From contig JBIOKR010000003.1 in assembly GCA_044451945.1 (NCBI GenBank), positions 20,605 to 84,604 of the forward strand: a stretch of DNA of 64,000 nt, read 5' to 3'. Positions 27,952 to 37,684 of this stretch are shown here, in pieces (the first letter of the stretch is position 1; every line of letters begins with the position of its first letter). Source of the DNA: Candidatus Lutacidiplasmatales archaeon. GTDB taxonomy: Archaea; Thermoplasmatota; Thermoplasmata; Lutacidiplasmatales; UBA184. Position numbers and translations under genes: made by a program. The notes below the pieces were generated by a model. The model was not told the origin of the DNA. It searched no databases and saw only the letters and a list, made by a program, of their open reading frames with translations.

Positions 27952-28832
27952 CGGTTCGTCAGCTCCTGAAGCCGCTCGGCGACGAGTCCGGGGATCTCGT
28001 AGGGGAAGCTCGCGACCTTCGCCCCGGCGCCCTCGAGGGCGGCCAGCTTGCTGGCCGCCGTGCCGCGGCCCCGGGCGATGATCGCCCCGGCGTGGCCCAT
28101 GCGCTTTCCCGGTGGGGCGGAGCGGCCGGCGACGTAGGCGACCACGGGTTTGGTGAAGTGGGCTCGGATGTAGTCCGCCCCCTCCTCCTCGGCCGTGCCG
28201 CCGATCTCCCCGACCATCACGACGACGTCGGTATCGGGGTCCTCTTCGAAGAGCGAAAGGGCGTCGACGAAGTTCGTCCCGACGACCGGGTCGCCTCCGA
28301 GGCCGATGCAGGTGCTCTGGCCGAGGCCGTGCTCCTTGATGCCGCTCACGATCTCGTAGGTGAGCGTCCCGCTGCGCGAGACGACCCCGACGCGCCCCGG
28401 GTGGAAGACGACGTTCGGGATGATGCCGACCTTCGCCTTCCCCGGGGCGGCGATCCCCGGGCAGTTCGGCCCGATGATCCGGGCGCCCCGAAGCCTGGCG
28501 TAGTGGTACATCGAGAGCATGTCGTGGAACGGGATGTGCTCGGTCACGACGACGGCGAGCGGGATACCCGCATCGACGGCCTCGACGAGCGCGTCCTTGG
28601 CGAACGGCGCCGGGACGAAGATGACGGACGCGTTCGCGGACGTGGCGCGGACCGCCCTCTCGACCGAGTCGAAGACGGGGACCCCCTCGACGGTCGCTCC
28701 CCCCTTCCCGGGGGTCGCCCCGGCGACGACCTTGGTCCCGAACAGCTGCATCTGGCGCGTGTGGACCGTCCCCTGGTGGCCGGTGATCCCTTGGACGAGG
28801 ACGCGGGTGTCGGCGTCGACGAGCACGCTCAT
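27948..28832 (-). CDS. sucD: succinyl-CoA synthetase alpha subunit
   Basis: 294 aa with [15 protein letters not shown], the phosphohistidine loop MGHAGAII, and SRSGTLTYE. Confidence 0.95.
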   Translation of the reverse strand: MSVLVDADTRVLVQGITGHQGTVHTRQMQLFGTKVVAGATPGKGGATVEGVPVFDSVERAVRATSANASVIFVPAPFAKDALVEAVDAGIPLAVVVTEHIPFHDMLSMYHYARLRGARIIGPNCPGIAAPGKAKVGIIPNVVFHPGRVGVVSRSGTLTYEIVSGIKEHGLGQSTCIGLGGDPVVGTNFVDALSLFEEDPDTDVVVMVGEIGGTAEEEGADYIRAHFTKPVVAYVAGRSAPPGKRMGHAGAIIARGRGTAASKLAALEGAGAKVASFPYEIPGLVAERLQELTNR

Positions 28833-29980
28833 GCCGGCCCCGCCAGGGGAGCGCCCGCGTTCGCGAGGGCGACTACCTTCTCGACCGACTCCTTGAGCCC
28901 CTTGAGCGAGGCGACCCCGGCCCGCTCCAGGATCTGGGTCCCCTCGGCCTCGTTATTCCCGCGGATCCTCGCCACGAGCGGGAACCGCTCCCCTTCGGGA
29001 ACCTGGCTCATGGCGGCGACCAGGCCGTTGGCGACCGTGTCGCAGCGCGTGACCCCGCCGAAGATGTTCAGGAACACCGCCTTCGGCTTCGCCATCGCCA
29101 TCAGGAGGAACGCCTCGGTGACCTTCTTGGGGTCGTCCGTGCCGCCGAGGTCGAGGAACACCCCCGGCCGGCCGCCGGACTGCTGGAGGACATCGAGCGT
29201 CGCCATGGTGAGTCCGGCACCGTTGGCGATCACCCCGATGTTCCCGTCGAGCTGGACGAAGGCGATGTCCTTCTCGCGGGCGATCTCCTCGAGCGGGGTC
29301 CGGTCGTCCCGGACCTCGGCGTACTCGGGATGCCGGAAGGAGGCGTCGTCCTCGATGATCACCTTCGCGTCCAGCGCGACCAGAGAGTCCCCGACGACCG
29401 CGAGCGGGTTGATCTCGACGAGTTCGGCATCCTCCTCGTCGAACAGCCGCCAGAGGGAGCTCAGCAGGCGGTCGAGCGACTTGGCGGCCGCCCCGGAAAG
29501 ACCGAGCGCCGAAACCGCCTGGCGTCGCTCGTAGCCCGCGAGACCAATGAACGGATGGACCGGGATCTTGACGAGTCCTCCTTCGGCGACGGATTCGATC
29601 TCGACCCCTCCCTGGGCGCTCACCATGAGGATCGGCAGGCGCAGGCTGCGGTCGAGCGTGAGAGAGACGTAGAGCTCCCGGGCGATCGGCAACTTCTCCT
29701 CGAGCAGGACCTCCTTGACCTTCTCGCCCTTGAATTCCATCCCGAGGATGGCGCGGGTCGCCTCTTCGGCTTGGGCGGCGGTATCGGCGAATCGCACGGC
29801 GCCCCCCTTCCCCCGGCCCCCGGCGAGGACCTGCGCTTTCACAACGCACGGCGTTGGAACTGCCGCCGAATCGACGAGCGAACGGGCTTCGGCGGGCGAA
29901 CGCGCGACCGCGCCCCGCGGAAGCGGAACCGCGTACTTGCGGAACACCTCCTTCCCCCGCCACTCGGCGAGCTTGACCAT
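28829..29980 (-). CDS. sucC: succinyl-CoA synthetase beta subunit (ATP-grasp)
   Basis: 383 aa with [17 protein letters not shown] and EINPLAV...[11 protein letters not shown]. There is a 4-nt overlap with sucD. Confidence 0.95.
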   Translation of the reverse strand: MVKLAEWRGKEVFRKYAVPLPRGAVARSPAEARSLVDSAAVPTPCVVKAQVLAGGRGKGGAVRFADTAAQAEEATRAILGMEFKGEKVKEVLLEEKLPIARELYVSLTLDRSLRLPILMVSAQGGVEIESVAEGGLVKIPVHPFIGLAGYERRQAVSALGLSGAAAKSLDRLLSSLWRLFDEEDAELVEINPLAVVGDSLVALDAKVIIEDDASFRHPEYAEVRDDRTPLEEIAREKDIAFVQLDGNIGVIANGAGLTMATLDVLQQSGGRPGVFLDLGGTDDPKKVTEAFLLMAMAKPKAVFLNIFGGVTRCDTVANGLVAAMSQVPEGERFPLVARIRGNNEAEGTQILERAGVASLKGLKESVEKVVALANAGAPLAGPA

Positions 29981-30147
29981 CGTCTGACCTCTCCCCGCGC
30001 AGCCCCCACGCTTAATAAGAGTTGGTCGGGAAAGGGGGCGGTCCCTGCACTCCCTTCGGCGTCGGCGAGCGCCGCGCCGAACTCAGGAGCGAACGGGTGG
30101 CCCCGCCCTGACCGGCCCCCCGGCAGGGTCCGAGCACGCCGGCTCTT

Positions 30148-31467
30148 CTACCTCGAAGGCGAGGAGTCCGCCGACCGAGTGGCTACTCCGCCCCGGGAAC
30201 GTCGTCCCGCAGGAGCCGGCGGTCGGCGGGCGGAGCTCTCGTCGGCCACCGCCCTCCCGATGTCGTCCAACAGCTTGCCTGCGACTTCCATCTTCGGGCC
30301 GGCGAGACGGTGAACCGAGCCGTTGCGGCTCAGCACCAAGACCGTCGTCTCAGGGGTCCCGAGGACCCGGGCGTCGTTGGCGACGACCCAATCGAGCTGC
30401 GAGCTAACGAGGAGCTCCCGGGCCGCGGCCTCGAGAGCCGGAGCGTCGTTCCCCGATTCGAGCTTGAAGCCGACGAGGCGGCACGGCCGGGGGGCGAGGC
30501 GCCGCAGCTCCGGGAGGAGCTTGGGCGCCGCGTTCAGTGCGAGCTCGAGGCGCTTGATCCCGGACGAACGGATCTTCCCCGGACGGGCGAGCAGGGTGAA
30601 ATCCGAGAGTGCCGCGGGGACGAACACCGCGTCGGCGCGGGCGAGTGTCTCCCGGTGGCGTCGCGCCAGCTCGAGGAGGTCGCCCACCCCCCGCCAGGCC
30701 ACGTGCGGTAGGAATGGGGGGACGGGAACCTTGAGGGAGCCGACCCAGAACTCGACCGCCGCGCCGCGGTAGAACGCCTGCGTGGCGAGCGCCACCGCCG
30801 TCTCCCCGGAGCTCTCGTTCGTGATCGTCCGCACGTCATCGATTGATTCCCGGCTCGCCCCGCCGATCACCACGACTCTTCGACCGGCCCACGGCCCGCG
30901 CGCGATGCGATGGAGGACCGCCGCGGCCACTTCCTCGGGGCTCGCGAGCTTCTCCTCCCCCTCCGCCGACTGGGAGGCGATGACGCCGACGCCCCACTTC
31001 GCGAGGCGTTCAAGGTTCTCGCGCACCGCCGGGTTCCGCCCCATGTCGGCGTGCATCGCCGGGGCGATCAGCACCGGCACGCCGCCCCCGAGCGCGACGG
31101 AGGCGAACGTCGTGACCGGGGTATCGTCGATGCCGTGGGCGATCTTCGAGAGCGTGTTGGCCGTGGCCGGCGCGATCAGCAGCAGGTCGGCTCGGCCCTC
31201 CCCGGGCCCCAGGAGCTGCACGTGCTCGACATCGCCGCTGAGCTGCAGCACCGGCGGGTGGCCGGTGGCAAATTGGATCGCTTCCGGGGTGATGATCCGC
31301 GTCGCCTCGGAGCTCATCACCGCCCGCACTTCGGCCCCGTGGCGGATCAGCTCCCGCGCGATTCGCGGGACCTCAACCGCCGCGATCGACCCCGAGATCC
31401 CGATGATCACCCTTCGACCGGCGAGCAGTTCGGAACGACGGCCCCGGATGGCGCGACTCGGATGCAT
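30148..31467 (-). CDS. coaBC: bifunctional phosphopantothenoylcysteine decarboxylase / phosphopantothenate-cysteine ligase
   Basis: 439 aa. N-terminal flavoprotein part has IIGISGSIAAVEVPRIARELIRHGAEV and LLIAPATANTLSKIAHGIDD. C-terminal CoaB part has ITNESSGETAVALA. Confidence 0.9.
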   Translation of the reverse strand: MHPSRAIRGRRSELLAGRRVIIGISGSIAAVEVPRIARELIRHGAEVRAVMSSEATRIITPEAIQFATGHPPVLQLSGDVEHVQLLGPGEGRADLLLIAPATANTLSKIAHGIDDTPVTTFASVALGGGVPVLIAPAMHADMGRNPAVRENLERLAKWGVGVIASQSAEGEEKLASPEEVAAAVLHRIARGPWAGRRVVVIGGASRESIDDVRTITNESSGETAVALATQAFYRGAAVEFWVGSLKVPVPPFLPHVAWRGVGDLLELARRHRETLARADAVFVPAALSDFTLLARPGKIRSSGIKRLELALNAAPKLLPELRRLAPRPCRLVGFKLESGNDAPALEAAARELLVSSQLDWVVANDARVLGTPETTVLVLSRNGSVHRLAGPKMEVAGKLLDDIGRAVADESSARRPPAPAGRRSRGGVATRSADSSPSR

Positions 31468-31585
31468 GTTCTACCTCGCCAGCGGCCGCCACGCGGGCGG
31501 TCCGTCGAGGGGAGCCCGTGGGGGCCATAAAGCGGGTCGCCCTTGTGGGCCCCTCAACTAAAGAGCGTCCGCCGCTCGGCCGGCC

Positions 31586-32479
31586 GTGCCGACCAAGGAT
31601 GAGGGCCCGGGGCCGAATCCGACGGCTTCGGCCGGTTCACCTGACGGACCCAGCCCCCAAGCCCCCGAGCGCCCGCCGGGGGATTCCAATCAGGCTACTT
31701 CCCATCACGCCGAGATCTCCCGGCCGCTCACCCAGCGGACGTTCGTCGAACCTCGGACGGTGGCGCGGGGGGTCGTCGCCTTCGACCTCGATGGGACGAT
31801 CCTCGACGACCTCGGCCTCATCAGCCACGTCGCGGCGGACGTCCTGTTCCGGGCGTTCGGAACCCCGGTCGAAGAGGCGCGCGTTCACTATCTGGCCACG
31901 ACCGGGATGCCGTTCGAGGCCCAGCTCTCCCAGCTCTATCCGGAGAGCTCCCCGGAGGAGCGCGAAGGGGTCGCCCGGCTGTTCCACCAGCGCAAGGTGA
32001 CCGAAGCGTACGGCCACGCCGGACCGTTCCCCGACATCCCCAAGGTTCTGAAGCGGCTCAGCCAGGCCGATTGGACCCTCGTGATCTCCACGGGAGCGGA
32101 GACGGAAATGGCCGACCTCGTGCTCGAGCGCGAGGGGATACGGTACTGGTTCGAGGACGTCCTGGGTTCCGGCCAGGGGACCAAGCGCGAACACCTCATC
32201 GAGTACGTCCGGCGATTCCCCGGCGTTCCCGTCTACCTGGTCGGCGACTCCCGATTCGACATGGAGGCAGCGCAGTCGCTCCCCGGCGTCGTCGGCATCG
32301 GTCGAGCGTCTTCCCTGCACGGATGGGCGCTGACGCCGGACGATCTCAAGAAGTGGGGCGCGGCGTGGGCCGAATACTCGCTCGCCAGTCTGCCGGAAGC
32401 GCTCGAGTCCCTCTCGAAGGGCCCAAGCGCGTCCAAGAAGCCGGCCGCGTCCGCTCGCAGCGCTCGCAAGGGTCGGTAG
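31586..32479 (+). CDS. HAD-superfamily hydrolase
   Basis: 297 aa, GTG start with ACTAAAGA about 30 nt upstream. Motif I is VAFDLDGTILDD and motifs III/IV are VYLVGDSRFDMEAA. Roughly 60 aa of low-complexity N-terminus leave the start uncertain. Confidence 0.75.
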   Translation: MPTKDEGPGPNPTASAGSPDGPSPQAPERPPGDSNQATSHHAEISRPLTQRTFVEPRTVARGVVAFDLDGTILDDLGLISHVAADVLFRAFGTPVEEARVHYLATTGMPFEAQLSQLYPESSPEEREGVARLFHQRKVTEAYGHAGPFPDIPKVLKRLSQADWTLVISTGAETEMADLVLEREGIRYWFEDVLGSGQGTKREHLIEYVRRFPGVPVYLVGDSRFDMEAAQSLPGVVGIGRASSLHGWALTPDDLKKWGAAWAEYSLASLPEALESLSKGPSASKKPAASARSARKGR

Positions 32480-32980
32480 GGCCGGGACCGAGAGTCTCCG
32501 AGTGCGGGAGGTTGTCCCGCCCCCATTTGAACCCGGGTCGAGGGATCCACAGTCCCCCAGGATAGGCCAAGCTACCCCATCCCGGCCACGGACGCAAGAG
32601 GTGGCCTGAAGAAGAAAAGCCTTTGGGCGCGTCACCTCGATAATCCTGCCCCTCTTGGCCATCTACGCGCTCCCCTCGGTGAGGTACGCTTCGAAGAGCT
32701 GCCCGGGATCCTGCTCGCACACTTCGAAAGCCGCTCGCCCAATCGCGGGCCGGCCGCGCGTTACCGGGGGGACCCGAAGTGGACGCGGCCCCAGGGTCCC
32801 GGACGGGGAAATTGTCGTGGGACGAGAGGAAACCTTGACCACTGACCGATGTGCCCATCCCGCTTGGGCGTCGATGCCCGGGGCCGCCAAGTCGGCACTA
32901 AATCACGAGCGGTCGACTTCGTCGTCTGGATGACCGACCGCGCTACTGCCCCAGAGCTATCGGATTCTGACCGGACTCCC

Positions 32981-33008
32981 TCAGGAGCCTAGAAAGCTCC
33001 TGCTTTTT
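32981..33008 (+). terminator. intrinsic-terminator-like hairpin plus T5 run in an apparently gene-free region
   Basis: CAGGAGC-ctagaaa-GCTCCTG (7 bp perfect stem) is directly followed by CTTTTTC. The orientation only makes sense for a plus-strand transcript. Confidence 0.45.
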
Positions 33009-33093
33009 CAATCGTAAGGCACCTCAGGGCAGCGATTTCGCCGCGGCGGCACGATTCAAAGTTGGCCCGTTCGGGGGCGTCAAAGCCCGCAAC

Positions 33094-33411
33094 TCAAGCC
33101 GGAATATTTGGATTGCCCGAGGGTCTGGAAGGCAAACGAGAAGGGCTCTTCTCGTTAGGCATTATCCAAGAGCCCTTTATCGAAAAGGAAAGGCCGAGAG
33201 TCAACAAGAGGACCGTCAACCCGTCACCCGCATACTCAATCGCTGAAACCGTGAGCGTGCCGGCACACACCACGGGCTGTCCAACCGGACCGTAGCAACA
33301 GACCTGCCCACAGGGCATGGGGTACGGAATCGGATTGGAGACGCACGCCACGACGAGCGCGAGGAAGATGAGCAGGATTCCGGTGGGGAGGAACGCTTGT
33401 CGGGTCCGCAT
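33094..33411 (-). CDS. small Cys-rich membrane/lipoprotein-like protein (105 aa)
   Basis: Internal ATG of track ORF 33094..33522. MRTRQAFLPTGILLIFLALVVAC has a signal-like helix ending in a lipobox-like VVAC. It is followed by the Cys cluster PCGQVCCYGPVGQPVVC and a second hydrophobic helix. Confidence 0.4.
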   Translation of the reverse strand: MRTRQAFLPTGILLIFLALVVACVSNPIPYPMPCGQVCCYGPVGQPVVCAGTLTVSAIEYAGDGLTVLLLTLGLSFSIKGSWIMPNEKSPSRLPSRPSGNPNIPA

Positions 33412-33587
33412 GCAGTCCCGGCCATGCCGATCCCCATGGAAAGCCGTTCGCCCAAGCGTGTCTCGGCAAACCGCCATGGGTCCGCCCATACAGCCCGCAC
33501 CCCGGTCGCATCTCGGTTCCATGGGAAGTTCCGGCCAAGTCTAGCCCGATAGCTTGACCATCCCGTGCAGATTCGTCCAAAGCCGAT

Positions 33588-34205
33588 ATGAGCGGATCAG
33601 ATGGCGGGCCCGCGGAGAATTCCCTCGGAAGCACACCTCCAACCCCCACACCGCCGATTGGGCAACCGCATCCGACAGGGGTCCCCGCGCTATCGCTCTC
33701 CCGGGGGATGACTGCCGGAATCACAATCGCCCTCACCGTCGCACTGGTCTGGCCCGTCGTGTTCGGAATATACATCGCCCCGAAGTATGACCACGAGCTG
33801 AAGGTGAACTTTCCGCCGGACCTAGACCCCGACAACGATTCTACGCTCAGGGCAACACCAGCCAGCGTGAGCGTCGGTACCGGATACTCGCTTACTGGCA
33901 CGGGTGCCCAGTATTGGGGCGTCGGGTTCTGCGCCCCGGGGAACGCCTCTCCTGGCTCGACTTGGGTTTGCACATTCTCGATGCAGAACTTTGAAGCTTG
34001 CACCACCGGATTCTTTGGAACGAGCTGTCCGTCCGCGACGATCGACCAAATTCAGACCGTCGGCGCGAACCAGACTTCCCTGATTCCTTCGTTGCCTCAA
34101 TCCGTCGTGGGTGGGGGAAATTCGATTACTTTTGTTCTTGAGATCGCCGTGCCTTCGAGCGGAGAAAGTTCGATCTCGTTGCACGCGGTAATCGACTCTC
34201 ATTGA
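33588..34205 (+). CDS. membrane-anchored extracellular protein, paralog of 37746..38282
   Basis: 205 aa with a TM helix (GITIALTVALVWPVVFGIYIA). The C-terminal part FFGTS...SLPQSVVGGGNSITFVLEI...HAVIDSH aligns by eye with FFGTS...SLPASVAAGGSLTISFTIL...GTIDAN. Start could be M at 33708. Confidence 0.55.
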   Translation: MSGSDGGPAENSLGSTPPTPTPPIGQPHPTGVPALSLSRGMTAGITIALTVALVWPVVFGIYIAPKYDHELKVNFPPDLDPDNDSTLRATPASVSVGTGYSLTGTGAQYWGVGFCAPGNASPGSTWVCTFSMQNFEACTTGFFGTSCPSATIDQIQTVGANQTSLIPSLPQSVVGGGNSITFVLEIAVPSSGESSISLHAVIDSH

Positions 34206-34511
34206 GAGCTCATAGCGCTAGGCGCACTTGGCTCGAGGTCACCGCCTCCGTCGTTCGGCTCGGTCGCAGTCGTCGGGTTCTACCACCGCGGCGGTGTCAG
34301 GACCGAGACCCCAGGATGGGGGGAAAACGTGTCGGAGCTTCACCGCTCAGCGGGAGGGCGCCGACCCTAGCTCCCCCATGGGAGATTCCTTCATCGTGCC
34401 TGTGACCCGGGCGCGGGGCCCATCCCAGAGCCCGGGCGAGACCTTCGAGATTTCCGCCGGTGATCGGACGGCAGGGACTGCGTTAAGCCCCCAGTCCGTG
34501 TTACTTGCTCC

Positions 34512-35294
34512 ATGTCTCTGACCTCCTCCCACGCCCTCCGATGGCTCGGCCGGTGGGACCGCCAGCAGACCGGCTACATGCCGTTCCGGGAACGGCGGTT
34601 CGACGCCATGTTCGATGTCCTTGACGCTCTCCTTCCCCGCCGGTTCGTCGCCCTGGACGTCGCCTGCGGACCCGGGTCCCTTTCTCAGCGACTACTGAAG
34701 AGGTTCCCCGCGGCCCGGACGGTCGCGGTTGACTTCGACCCCGTTGCCCTGGCCATCGGACGAGTCGCCCAGAAGTCATTTGGGAAACGCATCCGCTGGC
34801 TGGAAGCGGACCTTCGCTCTCCGGGGTGGGTCGAGGGGTTGCCCGTTGACCGGTTCGACGCCGTCCTCTCGACGACCGCCCTCCACTGGCTAAGGGCCCC
34901 CGAGCTCGGCCGGCTCTACCGCCAGCTCCACGGACTCCTACGACCGGGCGGCGTCTTTCTCAACGGCGACCGGATGGCGTTTGACCGGAGGCTCCCGAGA
35001 ATCCGGGCGATGGCCCGGGAAGCCAATCATCGGCGCGCCCGGACCGAGTTCGCCCGGAGCGGGGCCGAGACCTGGGATACCTACTGGCGGCGCCTTGCCG
35101 AAGAGCCGTCCCTGCGTGCGGAGTTTTCCGAGCGACATCGCCGCTTTCCCAAAGCCCATCACGGGGAGGAGGAGATGACCGCCGACCGCCACGAGCAGGC
35201 CCTGCGCTCGGCCGGCTTCGGCGAGGTCGCCGTCGTCTGGCAGGAGATCGATAACCGCGTCCTGCTCGCGATCCGCTCAGCCCGCCGGGCCTGA
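34512..35294 (+). CDS. class I SAM-dependent methyltransferase
   Basis: 260 aa with motif I FVALDVACGPGSLSQRLL and post-I TVAVDFDPVAL. GTTAAG lies about 28 nt upstream of the ATG. Confidence 0.8.
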   Translation: MSLTSSHALRWLGRWDRQQTGYMPFRERRFDAMFDVLDALLPRRFVALDVACGPGSLSQRLLKRFPAARTVAVDFDPVALAIGRVAQKSFGKRIRWLEADLRSPGWVEGLPVDRFDAVLSTTALHWLRAPELGRLYRQLHGLLRPGGVFLNGDRMAFDRRLPRIRAMAREANHRRARTEFARSGAETWDTYWRRLAEEPSLRAEFSERHRRFPKAHHGEEEMTADRHEQALRSAGFGEVAVVWQEIDNRVLLAIRSARRA

Positions 35295-37343
35295 ACCGGG
35301 GCGCCCCGCCGGCCCGGTCGTCGACCCCGGCGCCGGCTCGACGCCCGGACGCTTCCGATCGGGTACCATTCCCTCCTGGACCCAAGCCCTGAACGCGTCA
35401 GGGTTCCAGGGCCGGCCCAGATACCGCTCGATCATCTCCTTCGCCGGACGTGTCGCCCCCGCCTCGAGGATCTCCCGGGCGTAGCGGTGCGCCGTTTCGG
35501 CATCCCGGAGCGTCCCCTTGGATGCGAACGGGCTCAGGACGTCCCGTGCGATGGCGACCGACCAGATGTAGGTGTAGTAGAGGGCGGCGTACTCGGTGAT
35601 GTGCCCGAAAGAGTACGGAAGGTGGGTCCCTTCCGGTAGCTCGATCGTCGTCGTCCGGGCAAACTCCTCCCGCGCGACCCGGGTCGGGTCGATGCCCGCC
35701 GGATCGTGGTCATAGACGGCGAGCGACAAACGTGCGAAGCCGACCTGGAGCATCCACAGGTAGCCCCGGCCGAGCGCATCGGCGTCGCGCACCTTCTCCG
35801 CGAGCTCGCGGGGGAGCGGGGCGCCAGTCCGGAAATGGCGGGCGAAGGAGAGGAGCGTCTCCGGGTCCTTCGCCCACTCCTCGAAGAGCATGCTCGGGAC
35901 CTCCACGAAGTCCCACTCGACGAACATCTGGCCGTTGTAGACCCATCGACCGTGCCCGGCCAGGAGGGCGTGCAGAAGATGGCCGAACTCGTGGAAGAAG
36001 GTGACCACGTCGTCGTGAGAGAGCAGCGCCTCCTCCTTCGGGACGCTCGCCTCGACGAAATTGCAGATCAACGCCGCCTGGGGGAGCTGCACCCCACGGA
36101 TCCCGTTGCGCACGTCGAACTGGGCGGCGTGGGAGTACTTTCCATCCCGCGGAACGAGGTCGAGGTACATCCTTCCGAGCCGTTCTCCGTCGCGGTAGGC
36201 GTCGTACGTCTCGACCGTCGGGTGCCAGGCGGTCACCGGAACCGGCTGAAAGTCGATTCCGAACAGGGTCTTGACGAGGGCAAAGAGGCCGTCGCGAACG
36301 AGGGGGTAGGGAAGGTACTCCCGAAGCTCGGACGCCTCGACGCCGAAGCGCTCCTTCCGAAGGAGGGTCTTGTAGTAACCGGCGGAGCTCCCCGGACCGA
36401 CGTCCCACGCGTCGAGGCCCGGAGCGCCCGGCACCTCGCGTCGCTTGCGTTCGAGCAAGAGGGCGAGATCCTCCCGAGAGGGCTCGCGCAGGGTCGCCTG
36501 GGTGCTCGCAAGGAACGCCTGGAGGTTCGCCACGCTCTCCATCATCTTGTCCTCCACGAGGTAGTCGGCGTACGAACGGTACCCGAGCCCCTGGGCAAAC
36601 TCGTGGCGGAGCGCGAGGATGCGCGCCAGGACCGGTTCGTTCTCGGGGTACGCCCGGTTGAGGAAGCGCTCGAAGACCTTCCGGCGGGTTTCGGAGAGGC
36701 GGGCCGATGACATCACGGGGAAGACGTCGGCGTACGATGTGGTGAGGCTGACCTTTCCGTCCGGCCCCGGGGGATGCCGTTGGACATAGTCCTCCGGAAG
36801 TCCCTCGAGCGCCCTCAAGGAGTCGAACGTGACCTTCCCGGGGAGATTGGCGATGTTCGACGCGAATTCGTTGACCCGCTGATCGATCTCGTCCTTGAGC
36901 GCGCGAACGAGCGCGCGTTCCGCCAGGGGCAGCTCCACCCCGCTGCGCCGCATGTCCCTCAGCAGCTTTTCGAGGGCGAAGCGGGCCTCGGAGTCGAGCG
37001 GCCCGGCGTCGATGGAGCGAAGGCGGGCGTAGAGGTGCGGGTCGAGCCGGACGGCGTTCATCAGGCGGTCCGACGCCTCGGCGGCGTGACGCCCCGCTTC
37101 CCGCAACGCCGCCTCCGGGTGGCCGTTGAACAGGATCCGGGCGTGGCTCGAGACGTTGACGACCTCGAGGAGAAGCTCGTCCAGCGGAAGGAGCGTGTTC
37201 TCCAACGTCGCCGGGCGAGGGTCGTTCGCGATCGCCGAGAACCGCGCCGGAAACGCCTCGAGCGCCCGGCCCGAAATGGTCCGGAACTCATCGAGCGTCA
37301 GCGAGAACGGATAGGGACCCAGGGACGGCTCGTTCGTGGTCAT
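35277..37343 (-). CDS. M3-family zinc metallopeptidase (oligopeptidase/thimet-like)
   Basis: I prefer ATG 37343 (MTTNEPSLGPYPF...), giving 688 aa, with the HExxH site FFHEFGHLLHAL. The upstream 72 codons of track ORF 35277..37559 are Pro/Gly/Arg-rich and lie in a hairpin-rich region. Confidence 0.88.
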   Translation of the reverse strand: MTTNEPSLGPYPFSLTLDEFRTISGRALEAFPARFSAIANDPRPATLENTLLPLDELLLEVVNVSSHARILFNGHPEAALREAGRHAAEASDRLMNAVRLDPHLYARLRSIDAGPLDSEARFALEKLLRDMRRSGVELPLAERALVRALKDEIDQRVNEFASNIANLPGKVTFDSLRALEGLPEDYVQRHPPGPDGKVSLTTSYADVFPVMSSARLSETRRKVFERFLNRAYPENEPVLARILALRHEFAQGLGYRSYADYLVEDKMMESVANLQAFLASTQATLREPSREDLALLLERKRREVPGAPGLDAWDVGPGSSAGYYKTLLRKERFGVEASELREYLPYPLVRDGLFALVKTLFGIDFQPVPVTAWHPTVETYDAYRDGERLGRMYLDLVPRDGKYSHAAQFDVRNGIRGVQLPQAALICNFVEASVPKEEALLSHDDVVTFFHEFGHLLHALLAGHGRWVYNGQMFVEWDFVEVPSMLFEEWAKDPETLLSFARHFRTGAPLPRELAEKVRDADALGRGYLWMLQVGFARLSLAVYDHDPAGIDPTRVAREEFARTTTIELPEGTHLPYSFGHITEYAALYYTYIWSVAIARDVLSPFASKGTLRDAETAHRYAREILEAGATRPAKEMIERYLGRPWNPDAFRAWVQEGMVPDRKRPGVEPAPGSTTGPAGRPGSGPAG

Positions 37344-37415
37344 CGTGGGAACCTTGCGCTCGCACGGGGAACCCCTTCTTGAACTAGCGGGGCGGCGTAC
37401 CGGCCACCCCGGGCA

Positions 37416-37684
37416 GGGGCGCCCAACCGGGGGCCCGGTCGAACCCACGAGGGCGCCCTTGGTCGGGCTGGGGTCTCCAACGGCCCGACGGGTAGGGGAG
37501 TTGCGCGCCAAGGGCGCGCTCCCCGCTCCCCCGGGGCCAGTACGGCGCCAGTCCGTCACGGAGAGCGGGCCGGTGAGCCGTGCTCAGCGCCGTCGGACGG
37601 GAATCCCCAGAGACGGCTGCTCGCCGGGGAACGGTGCAAGCCGTCTGACCACGTCGCCGCCATCCCCACCGATGGCGGATTCCC
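37416..37684. other. cluster of perfect GC-rich inverted repeats (candidate structured RNA or terminator/operator array)
   Basis: Perfect stems: GGGCGCCC 37417-24 with 37451-58; GTCGGGC 37462-68 with GCCCGAC 37483-89; GGGGAG-tt-GCGCGCC-aag-GGCGCGC-TCCCC at about 37495-37525. A nested three-way set follows: GGGAAT 37599-604 with ATTCCC 37679-84, enclosing AGACGGCT/AGCCGTCT (37611-18 with 37639-46) and CCGCCATC/GATGGCGG (37657-64 with 37671-78). Confidence 0.3.

Noticed and set aside
32478-32595. GGGCCGG...CCGGCC ends suggesting a tRNA (possibly intron-containing) right after the HAD gene
   Set aside because: No D-arm or T-arm pairing could be built. The only solid element is a GCGGGA-ggttg-TCCCGC hairpin, which is more likely a 3'-end structure of the HAD transcript.
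33236-34006. 256-aa minus-strand ORF overlapping the 33588..34205 gene
   Set aside because: The plus-strand product has a clear TM helix and a paralog elsewhere in the window. The minus-strand translation has neither and is Gly/Pro/Ala/Arg-rich.
35277-37559. 72-codon N-terminal extension of the M3 peptidase (start at 37559)
   Set aside because: The extension is Pro/Gly/Arg-rich, has no signal or domain character and coincides with the hairpin-rich region. The conserved peptidase sequence starts at ATG 37343. This is kept as an open alternative in the structured-region finding.
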